Assembly: GCA_016748015.1 (NCBI GenBank)
Contig: JAAOMT010000481.1
Span: 12,583 to 76,582 of the forward strand
Source: Geosiphon pyriformis uo1
Taxonomy: Eukaryota > Fungi > Glomeromycota
Reading direction: 5' to 3'
DNA: 64,000 nucleotides
Shown here in pieces: positions 1 to 13,041 of the stretch. The position numbers and the translations under genes are program-made. The first letter of the stretch is position 1. Each line of letters opens with the position of its first letter. The notes below the pieces were generated by a model that was not told where the DNA came from, searched no databases, and worked only from the letters and a program-made list of their open reading frames with translations.

Positions 1-840
1 TATAACTAATATAAAGTTTTAACATAATAAAATGACTTATATTTAAAATTATTTGTTCAAAAAATCAATTAATACCGTTATAGTCAGTTAAAAGTTTTAT
101 TCATTACAAAAAAGTTTTTTAATAGTTTCTAAATATTAATTTTTTCAAAGCTGTTAAAAAACAACGAATGAAATTTTATAATTAAAAAACTAATTAAAAT
201 ACCCGAAAATTATTAAGTTATTTTTAATAAAATGCTTTTAGTTATAGTTCTAGCAAAAATAATAGTGAATAGCTTTTTTTATATATATTAATATCAATTT
301 TGTAATATACATAAAAACTAATACAAACTATGAAATTTTTTAAAAACAGTCCAATGAAATTGAGATATGAATATATAATATTTATAACAAAGATAACATA
401 AAATTTACTTAAATCAATAAAATAAATTTACACCGATTATAACTTTTTGAACTTTACTAATAATATAAGTTTTTTTTAATCAAAAATTTTATAATCATTG
501 TTATATTTATATAACATAAAAATAATTATTTATCTTTTTGGCAATTCTTAAAATATCATAAAGTTTTGAATCATAAAATCAATTTTATTTTTGACATGCC
601 CTTTACCTAGTAAAATAATTTATTTTGTTGATTTTAGCTTTTTTTCAAAAATAGCTTTCATATAACTATTTTTATTTGTTAACATGTATTGTTAAATGTT
701 AATAATTAATAAAAATATCGAATAAAATGTTGAATTATTTATTCATATGTATTTGACAAAGGGGCACAATATTCTTAAACATGTTATAAAAAATTATTTA
801 ATATCTATTTAATTTTCAAATTTAAAGAAAATCATTATTA

Positions 841-1160
841 CAGTATAGATGGATTTCTCCCAACAAAAAAATAATTATTAAGTGTATATAAGAGAGAGGC
901 AGGATTCTATTTCGGGGAAACAAAGTGAAGTTAAGAAAATTTCTTTTGAAATGTCTTAAAGACAGCCAAAAGATCGAAGATATCAAATGAGCTGATGTAT
1001 TTTCTTTCAAGAAACTATGTTGTTTTTATTATCGGTATTTCCTTGTAACATTGAAGATTGTATCTTCATATTTGCGCATTTTTGTCATGCCTACTGCAAA
1101 TATATCATTGAATGCTATGGAATCACAAAAGAGTTACAACCAATGGAGTTAGATTTTAGA
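841..1160 (+). pseudogene. Fragment of tyrosine-kinase-like (TKL) kinase N-lobe, disrupted
   Basis: Peptides QYRWISPNK, KFLLKCLKDSQKI and KYIIECYGITKE resemble the EWIP..., VALK...SQ and IIxCYGITKD motifs of Glomeromycotina TKL kinases. Stops are present and no C-lobe was found. Confidence 0.45.
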
Positions 1161-1760
1161 TGAGATTTCGGTGTTAAACAGATGTTTTGGCATCTTATTG
1201 CTAGAATTTTTTAATTTCCCGAACTGGATCTAGAACATTTATCAAAAATAAAATTTTCACCACAATTATTCTTTAAAAAAACTACTATCTTATTTAATGT
1301 TAATAGTTTAATACAAGTAGCAGACCATTTAATAATTCGCAACTTTATGTAACAGATATATTCTGAAGTTTTTTATTCATTATTTATCTTAGTATTCAAA
1401 ACAAGACAATCTTGCATGGTAATTCTAAGTGAATTAATTGAATAGTGGGTTACCTCTATATCAGGGTATCATCATAATATTAAATATTACTAGAGACTTA
1501 ATATTTTCTCATTGTGGGATGGGAGTTTTAAGAAATAATATAAACAATAAATGATAAATAGGTTTTTAGCATTCTATCATTTTATCGTATCCTCTAATAT
1601 AAAGAATACAAAAGTGATAGCTAACTTCTAAAGCTCATTATTAAAATTAATTTTTTTTTGATATATAGGACTTTTGAAACCAAAAGTTTCACTCATTTTG
1701 GGTAATAAAATAATCTGTACTTTGTGGGAAAGGATCTCACTGATTTCTCATACTTTATCA

Positions 1761-3539
1761 ATGGCACCCAAACAATTCTTTCACGCTCTATCTAATGATT
1801 TCGGGAATTTACTAAATAGTCAGAAATTTTCTGATGTTAAGATTTTTATTGTAGAAGCGCCCAATATTAGAACTTTTCATGCTCATTCGCAAATTTTAGC
1901 AGCAAGATAACCATATTTTACTGTAGCACTCTCTAGTAATTGGGTTAAAAGGGAAAACAATGCCATTATCTTCACTGAACCTAATATTTCACCTAATATT
2001 TTTGAAATAATTCTCAGGTAAGGGTTTTCTTTAGCTTCAAAGTATTTTGGCCAACATAAATTTTTATTTTATTTTCCTGTACAAATATATTTATAACGGG
2101 GAGATCTCTCTTGTTAAACATGGAGTGCTTGTCACCGCTGACGAACTTATTCTAAAGAATCTCATTGATCCTCTTGAAGACCATTTGATTGAACACCGTG
2201 CAAAAGAACTAGAAGAAAATTTCGGCACTTTGCAGAGAACGTCATTAATGCATGATTCTTTCAAAAAGTTACAAAACTTTTGCACAGAAATAGCTCCTAA
2301 AAATCCAGCCATAGTCTTCAATTCCCAAGATTTTACCTCCTTTAGTGAAAATGTTCTTTCCTTAATTTTAACCAGAGATTATCTAAATATAAGAGAATCT
2401 GAAATATGGGAAAAGATTGTGGAATGAGGTGTTGCTAAATTGGATAATAATATTTGGATGAAAGAAGCTCTTTACTGGAGAGATCAAAACTTTAACGCCT
2501 TTAAGGAACCCATTGAAAGATTTCTACATTCAATCCGCTTCTTTACCATATCTTCAGTTGACGTCTATCACAAAGTAACACCATATAAGGATATAATAAA
2601 TACCCGGCCAAATACTCGATGATTAGTTGAAAGACATAGCAACGATGAAAAATTTGTTTTCCTTCGATAACTGAGATTCTGAAAATTATATTATTATTAT
2701 TTTCAAGGAAAGGGTGTTAAATACGACCCTTTAATATCATATTTTTATTATATATCTTTTTAAAAACTATTTTTAGCACAATAAAATCATCTTTAATAAA
2801 ATAAATTAAAAATATTTTAGTCAGTCACATTCAAACCTCAAGCTTTGAGCTTTGAGCTTTTCTTCCCTTTTTTTTATTGATTTTAGCTAATTTCATTTGC
2901 TAGAATATTACCTGGAACTTAACATGAAGATCTTTTACATCAATATCTCGTATCGGGTAGTCAACAATTGTCTGTAGACGTTCAGGCATTACGATCAAAC
3001 ATTGATTCAAAGCTTCTTAAATCGCATAATATAAAACAGCTAGATCATTGGATTCAAGGCAATAGTAATTTTGAAGATTAACTTGGAAATTAATTTAATT
3101 TGTTACTTCGAGGCATTCAAGATGGATTAACTCCAGCTGATTTTCATCGACTATGTGATAATAAAGGAGCAACAGTCAGCGTAATCAAAGTGAAAGGAAC
3201 TGGTCAGCTAATTGGTGGCTATAACCCATAATTGTGGCATTCTAAGAATAAATATTTAGATGGAAAAGAAAGTTTTATTTTTTCACTTGAAGATGGCAAA
3301 GCTGGAAATGCTAAACTTGGCAAATTTATTTGCAAATATGAACCTTATGGTGGGTCAAATCATGGACCCTTTTTTGGAGATGGCATTATTTGGTGTATGT
3401 CAATGACTTTAAAAGTCGTCCAGGGTGCTTTTGTAGAAAGACAGCAGATTATGAGCATGCTATAATGCCTGAGTCAGAAAATCAACTGATGGATTCCTTT
3501 ATCGAGGAGTATGAAGTTTTACAAATTATAAAAAGATAA
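1761..3539 (+). pseudogene. BTB/POZ-BACK-TLDc protein pseudogene
   Basis: ATG 1761 MAPKQFFHALSNDFGNLL..FSDVKIFI..TFHAHSQILAAR*PYF (BTB; TAA where Ser is expected). Intron donor at 2018, acceptor degraded to AA. BACK-like ESEIWEKIVE*G (TGG>TGA). TLDc motifs LLLRG..DG..FHRLCDNKGATV..IGGYNP, SFIFSL, GPFFG, IEEYEV..* at 3537-3539. ~300 nt interruption at ~2597-2902. Confidence 0.85.
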
Positions 3540-4219
3540 AATTCGTTTTATTCAATTTTTTATAACATATTCGGATGACTACTAACTAAAGAATTTCAAC
3601 TGTCAGAATATTCTATAGGATAATATTTTGAGCTTCACAATAAAGTGCAAAGAATAAAAGTTAATCTATTTTAAAAATCAAGAATACTTAGGGAACTTTA
3701 AAGTCGTTCTAACAAAAAGTGATCTCTAAATTTTAGATTTTTATCACAGGCTAGAACCATAAACGCTTTTAGCTAGAAATATAAATTTTAAATGCATAAA
3801 TGCATTTCTCGTTAATCTAGGTTATAAAATTCAGATAATTTTTATCGCATTTTAATGATGAGTCTTGAAATATGTCACTAGTTAAGTTTTTATATTAAAT
3901 ATTTAAATAATTTTTATATGATAAATAATTCAAATTTTTCATTTAGAACAAAAATAAACAGTTTCTATTGATTAAAATAGAAATACAAAATATAAAAAAC
4001 CCTAAAGTCCCCCTGATTTAATTAAAAAAAGTTTGTGATATTTACAGACAATACAATAACCCAACAATACATATGTGAAAGAAATTCCATAAAACTCCAA
4101 GCCAAAAAAAATATCCCGCTATAATAAAATATGACTAACAATCCCATCTTAGAAAATTTACAGCAAAAGTAGTTCAAGAGCTACCCATTAAATATTTTCA
4201 TCACTTTTGCTAAGATTTA

Positions 4220-5823
4220 TCATAATCGAAGAATTTGTGACGAGAACCATCCTAAAAGCATGAAAGAAATTTTAAACCAATGGAATGAGGAACCTTCCAA
4301 TAGTTTATAAGAGATTGCAGATGAAGATACATTAAAGCTGTTCAATGGAGGCGGTGTGGATGGAGGCGGCCTGTATGGGTTGGGATTATCTTGTGTTGCA
4401 TATCTGATAAAAGAAATATACGTCAAAAATTTGTTATATTTTTTAAATATCAAATATGAAGAAATCTATTTACCCTAAAGTTTCTAAAACCATCTTCAAC
4501 TTCGGTCCGATTGCTCCTCCTTTATAATTGCCACCAGCCAAAATAGCGTCTTGTAAGGAAACACAGTCATCTTGCATAAATCTCATCAAGAAATCACTTG
4601 AATTTGTATAAGTTTGGTAATCCACATGACCTATACTTGATCCTTGTTGATATGTACCGAGACCAGTCTCAAGGATAAGGGCATCTTTAATATCTTTTTT
4701 TCCTCGCGGCAAAAATCCGAGAGAATTCTTGGTGATAGAATGTTTATACATTGTTTTTGCAGTTTCATATTGTGGTGATTTTTCAAACGCATTCCTAAAA
4801 CTTTTTAAACTACTGAATCCTGTGCAGGAATTGGTTGAGAATTTATTCAATATATCTGTGTATGACGTGACATTACGGTTTTGTGGAATCACAATCATAT
4901 ACTGGTCGAAAGCCATTTCAATAAATTGACTACAGCCGTTCTTTAATATATAAATTGGGTACGGTATCAAAGCTTCAGTTTCATCGCCCAAGTAATTGCT
5001 CCAACCTGAAAAAAACCCTAGGCCGTGCATCAATTCATGAACTATGACTGATAAAAAGTCGATCTGTGTTGCTTTGATTGGATTTGGATCACTGTCAAAC
5101 CAGAAATTTATTTTAGAATTAAATTCTGCAAAAATATCATATGCTTTGAATTCTTGGTGCGTATTATAACCGAATTGTTTTACGAGTGCTTGTGGATAGA
5201 GTCGTTGTTTTCCGTCAAGATCTTGAATTAGGATTGATCGAGCTGGAATAGCACCTCCTGTAAACAATAAATAATTTTAAATATGACCACTTCATGGGAT
5301 TTATAAAATTATAATAAAGTATTGAAAAAATTAAGCAAGCAACATAGAACAAATATAAAATGCCACTCTAAAAATTTCTTGCTTATAAAAAGAATAATCA
5401 CTTACCCAGTGTCAAATATCCGTTTAAACTTGAACATTCGCCCTCTAATTCACAAAAATCCGAGAAAGTTGCTTTTACTATGATTGGAGACGTGAGTATC
5501 AAAGTGGTGGTGATGATTTTTCCGGCAGTCACAAATGCATTTCTCACTTTCTTGCATGTATTATCATCATTCATATCCCAATTTAAAATGAGCTCAAACA
5601 TATTAGTCGAATTGGCCACAGTCAATAATTTTTCTTGCTTTTCTAAAGATGATTTGAAATCTGTGACTAATGGACAATAGACTTGTCTCCTATTTTTCAT
5701 ATCCAGTGAATCGTAATCAAAACATTGTGCTATTGCTTGGGATGGAAAGACAATTAATAAGAGGAATGTAGTAGGAAACAAGAGCCAGACGGGTAAGCCC
5801 TGTTTTCGTAATATTAAGTTCAT
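4220..5823 (-). CDS. Secreted zinc metalloprotease (HExxH), probable C-terminal GPI/TM anchor; exons 5823-5406, 5257-4474, 4403-4220
   Basis: N-terminal hydrophobic signal (LPVWLLFPTTFLLLIVFPSQAIA). HELMHGLGF motif and distal GSSIGHVD. GT-AG introns join in frame (LG|GAIPAR; LG|YAT). Pro/Ser-rich linker and hydrophobic C-terminus. Confidence 0.85.
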
Positions 5824-6529
5824 TCTTGTTTGATATTCTACTAGCAAAAATCCCAATATTCGGGAAACGAGAATAAGAGCCTAAATGAGTAAAATCTTTA
5901 GAGTATTCTGATGATGTTTGTTTAGGAGTATGCTGCTAGCTGGTTTCCTTTATACTTATTCAAGTAGTGTATTGACGAATCAAACCGTTCTTTGCTTTAA
6001 TGAGAAAATAAAACATGTTTTTAAGTGCACACGGCAATTTAGGTTTTAATGTTATTTTTTATAATAGATTATCTTTGGCAATTCCTTTTCTTGTTACCCT
6101 ATGTAACGGAATATTAGTTAGATTTAATTCCCCCATTGAAGCAAGCTGCATTTATATTGTTTTGTCATATAAAATTTATATACGTGTATTGTCTATGAAA
6201 GAAGGACTATTGTATTCGCTACAGTTTCGGAAGTAATACAGTAGTTTTCTTCGACTAGGGGTGATTCAGCCTTCAATATTGGGAATACCTATTTTGTAGG
6301 GTCCTTCATGAATATAAGCCAAAATAATTGTAATATTCAAGAAGGGGAAGGTATTGGGAAATTTTAAGACATACCTACGTGAAAGGGGAATTTGGGAAAT
6401 TAATCTGATAATGGCTGATAGGTGTGATTAGTAAAGTAGATTGATTGATTGGTTGATACCTTTTATAATAATTTAATAGGATGCTAGTAGTAAAAAGCCC
6501 GGATCAAATAAATTCAATTAGAAAAAATT

Positions 6530-7000
6530 TAATGTGCAAAATTAGTTTTATAAATATTTTAGTTAATATTCGTTTTAAAAATAACAAAAAAATCTAAAAG
6601 TAGAAAAATAGTTATATTATTAATACAAAATAACAAACTAATATAATTTTATGATACATGTTAATATTTTATAAAATTTAATATTAGGTATTAATTTTTT
6701 TTTTCAATAAATATTTATTTAATATATTTTACAAAAATTAAGAAAAAAAAATAAAAAAAAATAAAGAAGTTAGTATTATTATATTGATTTTTACTTTAAA
6801 TGAATTTTAATCTGAATATAGATTTATTTTCTATAGTTTTAGAAAATTATATATATATATTCTCAAAAAAAAATTAATAATCAGGTTAATAATTACATTA
6901 ATGACTATTTTTAAAAATAAAATAATTAGCTAATAATATCAATAATTAATACATATAATTAACCATAACTAAATAAATAAATAAAATTAAGAAAAAAAAG
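6530..7000 (+). repeat. Dispersed AT-rich repeat, homologous to 37740-38320 on the opposite strand
   Basis: Colinear by eye with the reverse complement of 37740-38320 (e.g. atattgatttttactttaaatgaattttaatctgaatata vs attgatttttgttttagataaatttaatctaagtaaa). Confidence 0.7.
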
Positions 7001-7870
7001 TTTTAACTATAACAATATAATTAAATAGTTAATTTGTGTTAAATTTAATCTAATATATATAAATTAATATTATAACAAATTTTGTTTTTAAAAAAACATT
7101 TAAAAAAACAGTAAACAATTAATTTCTTTTAATATAAACAACTATTATTATATATTTAATAATTAATTTATATTAAACTTGATTTAATGTATACAAATAA
7201 ATATTATAATAATACATGCTTTAAAAAAACATTTAAAAACCAATAAACAATTAAATATTTCTAATATAAATAATAATTATTATATATTTAATAGGTAATA
7301 TATATTAAATTTAATTTAATACATATAAATTAGCATTGTAGCTACTTATATTTTTAAAAAAATATTTAAAAACCAGCAAACAGTTAATTTTTTCTAATAT
7401 AAACAATTATTATTATATATTTAACAGTTAATTTGCATTAAACTTAATTTAATATATATAAATAAATATTGTAAGAACTTATATTTCCAAAAAAAAACAT
7501 TTAAAAATTTTGTAAATAATTGATTTTTTTAATATAAACAACTATTATTATAAATTTAACAATTAATATTTACTAAATTTAATTTAATACATCTAAATTA
7601 ACATTATAACAATCTATGTTTCTAAAAAAACATTTAAAAAATCAGTAAACAGTTAATTTTTTTTAGTATAAACAATTTTTGTTATATGTTTAACAGTTAA
7701 TTTGTATTAAATTTAATTTATTATATGTAAATAGGTATTGTAACAATTTATGTTTCTAAAAAATATTTAATAAATTAGCAAACAATTAATTTTTCTTAAT
7801 ATAAACAACTATTATTATATATCTAAGCAGATATTTAAAAAATTAACAAAAAGTTAATTTTTTTTAATAT
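7000..7870. repeat. Degenerate tandem array, ~133-bp unit, about 6 copies
   Basis: Anchor aaa(c/t)atttaa recurs at ~7093, 7227, 7360, 7496, 7628, 7760. Each is followed by ...aatataaacaactattattatata-like sequence. Confidence 0.85.
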
Positions 7871-10403
7871 AGACATTAATTTACACATATTTTCATTAAT
7901 TTATATATTAATTATTTTAATAAAGTAGCAATGATAAAAATTTAATACAAAGTATTCAAAATATAATTGAATTATAAAACTTACAAACGTTACAAAAACA
8001 TTTAATTTTACTATTTGACTTGCATATTTAGTTAAATATAATTTAGCAAGTTTTTTTTTGTATTTTTAAAATATTTAAATTATTATTTTCACTTTATATT
8101 TTCATATTTTTAAACTTTTTTGCACAAAATATTTATATATCATAATTTTACAATTGAATTATTTAAAAAAACTTATAAAATAAAATAAAATAAGATTACA
8201 TAGATTAATGATATTATAAAATAGGTAATAAAATTAAGAATATAGATATTAGATGTTTATATAATAAAAAGTTGGAATATAAATAAGTGTATAATTCAAA
8301 ATATAACTTATATTTGGCTTAATAATTACAGATTATTTTATGTGAGATGGTAGTTTTATTATGACATGCAAATACCAAAAAAAATCAGAATTTTTTTATT
8401 TATTTAATGTGAAATATAATATTTTTTTGTATGCTTTTGAAATTTATAATGGAATTTAAAGTTATAACAGTTTTAGTAATTATATAACTTCATTTTCTGT
8501 TAAACTAAATTTTTTTTTTGGTGTAAGCGGACAAAATTAATCGTTTTTATTTTTGAAATTTTTAAAAGAATGCAATGCACCAAATTTTTTTTGAAACCTT
8601 TTTATATTTAAATACTCATAATTTTTAATTATTCTAATTCATTTAAAAGATTACACAAATACAGTAAAATTGAAATATATATATATTTGTATATTCAAAA
8701 CAGAAATTATCCTTTTGAACTCGTATTAATTCTTTTTAAAAAAAAATATTTAAGTTTAGTCATTCCATTTAATTTTTTAATATAAAAAATTTGAAAAAAT
8801 TGTGTTTGAAAATCTAAATTATTGTTGTTTGAAATTTTTGATTAAATATCATAATTTTGAAATAAAGAGTTTATTTATTTGTGTATTTTTATTAAATATT
8901 AATAATTACTAATAACAGCAATATCTAAATTGCAAATATTTTTAAAATCTGGATTCTCTTTTTATTTGTTATAATTTAACCAATTTTTTGTAAATAAGTC
9001 AATTTTTTCAAATGAATTCTCAACTTATAAAATTTTAAATTATTTTTAATAGAAATTTATAGGAAAAGTACATTTACAAATTTAATTTACTCTGGAATGA
9101 AACAAAATGTTTCTAATTATATATATATCGTGATTTTATATATACAATTTTTTTTATTTTTTGTGATATAGTTTTATGCATATTCATGATATATAACTAT
9201 TAAAGAATTGCATTATAAAATGTATCACATTTAATGTTTCTATTAATATTAGCTGAAAGTAGAAAAAAATATGGTATTCATTTTACTGAAAATGGTTGGT
9301 AAATTTTCAATGAATAATAACGTTTTTATTATACTTGAGTTGATTGCCGATCTAGAAAAATTATAAAAATTTTGGACAATTTTTCTTTTTAATTGAAAAA
9401 TTATAACTGTTGACAAATGAGTAAATTTTTTTTCCTTTGAATTTTGATTTCATAAAAAAATTTTGAATGAACGAATGAATGTGAAAAATATTTTTATTAA
9501 CTCATTACATTTTCTATTTTTATTTGTAAAGTAATTTTAGAAAAATGAAAGTTAGTCAGAGATAATTTTTAAAAGATAAAAATGTTGTCCAATTTAAAAA
9601 ATCTTTTAACTCAAATATTGATCATATCATGAAAATTTATATACTTTCATCATCAAATTTTGCGTTGATAATGGTGGGTGATTGTTACTCCAGAATAAAC
9701 ATGAAAAATTTTTTATGCTGCATATTTTAAAGATTTTTGACTAAATAAAATGTCGACTTTATAAATAACTTCACCCTTAAAAAAAATTAAAAATTAGCTC
9801 AAACAAAAATTTTTTCTAAAAATAAAATACTTTGTTTGGATGCAGTTAGAATCTATAAATAAAATTTATTATTTTGCGCGATTTATGAAATTTCCAATTT
9901 TATCAAGATTATTGTTGATCTCATTGAAAAATCTCTATTAGAAATTTGAAATTCAAAAATAACAAATATTTTGATTTGACATTTGTGTTCCACTTACTAG
10001 AGCGAAAATGTATTCTAAAATGGGCAATGATAAAGGTTCCGAACATTATTGTTTCTATTTTTATTATTATTCCTCTATGACATCATTATCATCAAAAACT
10101 GTGCCATTAAAATTATGATGATAATAATAGTTATTCCCCTTATTTTATTTACTTTTTAATAATAATGATTATTGATTATTTTCAATGCAATCTATTCTCT
10201 TTAACAGATTATACCCCCTCTTCTTCATTCAAATTAATTTTAAAATCTCTTACTTGACCCTTCTCTCTCTATATATTTTCAAAAATTTGCTTTCGAAACA
10301 CAAACAATAACTTGAGAAATTTTTTCTCAAATTAAAATTTTAATCTATGATTAGATAAATCAGTCACATATTCTAATCATAAAACGAACAATTACAGAGT
10401 AAT

Positions 10404-11556
10404 ATGTCTTGCAGAGGTTTCTTGGGAACCAAAAGCTCAATACGACGTAAATTGGTACTTTTAGGGGATGCTACCATTATAAAGGCTTCTTTATTAAATG
10501 TCTTTACGCAAGGTTATTTCTCGCAGGTATGTAATTTCTAGTTTAATTTGGAAAAAGGGTCATCTTACTATTATTTAATAAGAAAGAATTTTTTGATTAA
10601 AATTTTATAAAAAATTAATGATATATATGTATAATATGGTAGCTTTTACTCAAATTTTCTCGCTATTATCGAAATCATATAACTCATTAAACAATTTTTA
10701 GCCTTTTATTAACTTAATCCATCCATCCATCCATTCATTCATCTATCCATCGACGTTTCTTTTTATTTTTTCTAGATATATGAACCAATTATTTTTGAAA
10801 ATTATGTACACAATATTCAGATTGATAATAAAATTATTGAACTTGCATTATGGGATACCACAGGTAAGTCGTAGAAATTCTCGAATCATTAATAAATAAA
10901 TGAATACAGTTTTTAACTTTACAAATTCTTTTTTTGACAACACAACAGGACAAGAAGAATTTAATCACCTTCGGAAACTATCTTACGCGGATGCACATGT
11001 CGTTATGTTATGTTTCTCAGTGGATAATCGAGACTCTTTAAAAAATATTGAATCAAAATGGATAGAGGATATTATGGAACATTGCCCAAGTGCAAAAATC
11101 ATATTGGTAGCTTTAAAATGTGATCTGAGAACAGATGAAAATATCACACGTAATATGGCTCGATATGGGCTTAAACCCATTTCCTACGAAGAGGTCAATA
11201 TAAATTTTGATGAATATTTTTATTTTCCCCTTCTAAAATGTTTTTTAATAAAAATATAATTTTCATACTGAGTGCCTTTTTTCATTAAAATAAATTTAGG
11301 GATTAACAGTAGCAAAAAATATAAAAGCATCAGGGTATATAGAATGTTCCGCCAAACAGAATTGGGGTAATATGATTATTTAGTAAATTTTCAAAATTCT
11401 TCTGCTGATATACTTCCATTATTAACAAAAAACTCACTGTAAATCTCTTTGATAGGAGTGAAAGAGGCCTTTGAAGAAGCAGCACGGTTAAGCTTATCGG
11501 TAAGACCAAAAGGTGTGTCAAATGACCCAAAATTTTTATGTTGTTGTATACAATAA
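10404..11556 (+). CDS. RHO3: Rho3-like small GTPase with degenerate G1/G2 motifs; exons 10404-10526, 10776-10863, 10949-11193, 11300-11366, 11456-11556
   Basis: Spliced product MSCRGFLGTKSSIRRKLVLLGDATIIKASLLNVFTQGYFSQ-IYEPIIFENYVH..LWDTTG-QEEFNHLRKLSY..VALKCDLR..ISYEE-GLTVAK..ECSAKQNWG-VKEAFEEAARL..CCCIQ*. The Rho3-type LKCDLR, N-terminal Cys and CaaX are present. All introns are GT-AG and in frame. Confidence 0.88.
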
Positions 11557-11744
11557 GCCGAATGTAGAATCCTTGAGCATTGAATTTAATTTAACCATTC
11601 TATATGTTAAAAAACCATATTTTATTGTAAATCTAAACGGTTTTATTATTCAAGCTAACGGGAAAAAAGTAAAATGATTTGAGAATATATAAATTATATA
11701 TAATTAGAAAGCTAAAAAGTAGAGGATTTTATTAAAAAAAAATT

Positions 11745-12900
11745 TAATATGATATTTTTTCCCTCTTATTCACAATTATCATCTCACAACAATTTTTCAT
11801 TGATCCCACTAATCCAATTAGGGTAGATTGGAGAATATCTAGCCACTCTTCCTTCATAAACTGTTCTAATTCATCCCGATTTTTGGCCATACGCCTCTCT
11901 ACATTTCTTTTCACAATGCCCATAAGTTTTCAATGGAATTCAAGTCAGAACTATTAGATGGCTAAGTTATAACTTCAGGCATATTCTCTTGAAGAAAGGC
12001 TTTGGCTAGACGGCTTGTGTGCTTTGGGTCATTGTCCTATTGAAACCGTCACTCATTCCCTAACATTCCAATTATCCCAGGTAAATGTTTACGAATAATT
12101 TCTACATAGAACTTAGCATTCATTATTTGGGTAAAACAAAATAAACTTACCTTTTCTTTCTCATAAAAACCACCACACACCATAATTTTTGTCCAATTTT
12201 TTTGTATAGCACGAATTGGTCACTGGCCTTTATATTAACGTTTTACTGTAATTCGGAATAGACAAAAAGCTGTTTTATCTGAAAAAACAGTTCTTTTCCA
12301 ACTATCATTGAGATGTTCTTGAGCCCACTTTACACAATTTTTCTTGTGGAGATTGGTGAGCATTGGAGTTGCCAAAGGCAAGTCTTTTTTATATCCATGA
12401 TTAATTAAATGCCTTTGGATAGTACTAGAAGAAACGTCTACATTCTTTTTTGCTAATTTTATTTTCAAAGTCCTCAAAGATATTAAAGAATTCCGACAGA
12501 GGTATTGTCTTAATGTTCGTGATGCATCTCCTTTAATTTTTCGCAGCCGACCATTTCCACCCGCGTGCACTACCATTCCTGTTTTTTCGAGTTTTTTAAG
12601 GATATTATAAATAATAGAGCATGGTACATTTGTTCGCTGTTTTATTTCAGTTGCGTCTCATATCCCTTCATTCCAAAAATATAATACGGTCTGGCGCTGT
12701 GTTTCTTGCTTGGAAGGTAGGATTATGCAAGAAAATTTCAAAAAAATTATTAGTAAAACGCGCGAAAAAAATTTATCATATTTAGCCATTTATCTTAGCA
12801 TTCACTTCCTAATTCAACCGCCACAAACTAACTAAAATTAGTTAAACTGTATCAAATTTTGTGATGCGCATTTTTGTCCAGTTTTTTTTGCAACACACTG
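11745..12900 (-). mobile_element. Tc1-family (DD34E) DNA transposon, inactivated, one TIR retained
   Basis: HTH region, W..TVFSDKT, FQ*DNDPKHTS...SSDLNSIENLW with 34 residues between D and E. Terminus CAGTGTGTTGCAAAAAAAACTGGAC (12900-12876) flanked by TA. The other TIR was not found. Confidence 0.9.
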
Positions 12901-12992
12901 TATACTACATAAAGACGCCAAACAAGTTTCTGATTGTCTCATTGTTTGAACGAGTATTTCAATTTATTTATTTGCAGAACACTAGCAACAAC

Positions 12993-12996
<4 letters not shown>

Positions 12997-13040
<44 letters not shown>
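12997..13040. repeat. (AAT)n microsatellite
   Basis: Perfect AAT run. Confidence 0.95.

Positions 13041-13041
<1 letters not shown>

Noticed and set aside
597-766. tgcccctt / aaggggca inverted pair
   Set aside because: Only 8 bp, no TSD.
7000-7870. CRISPR-like array
   Set aside because: No unique spacers, eukaryotic context, no cas genes.
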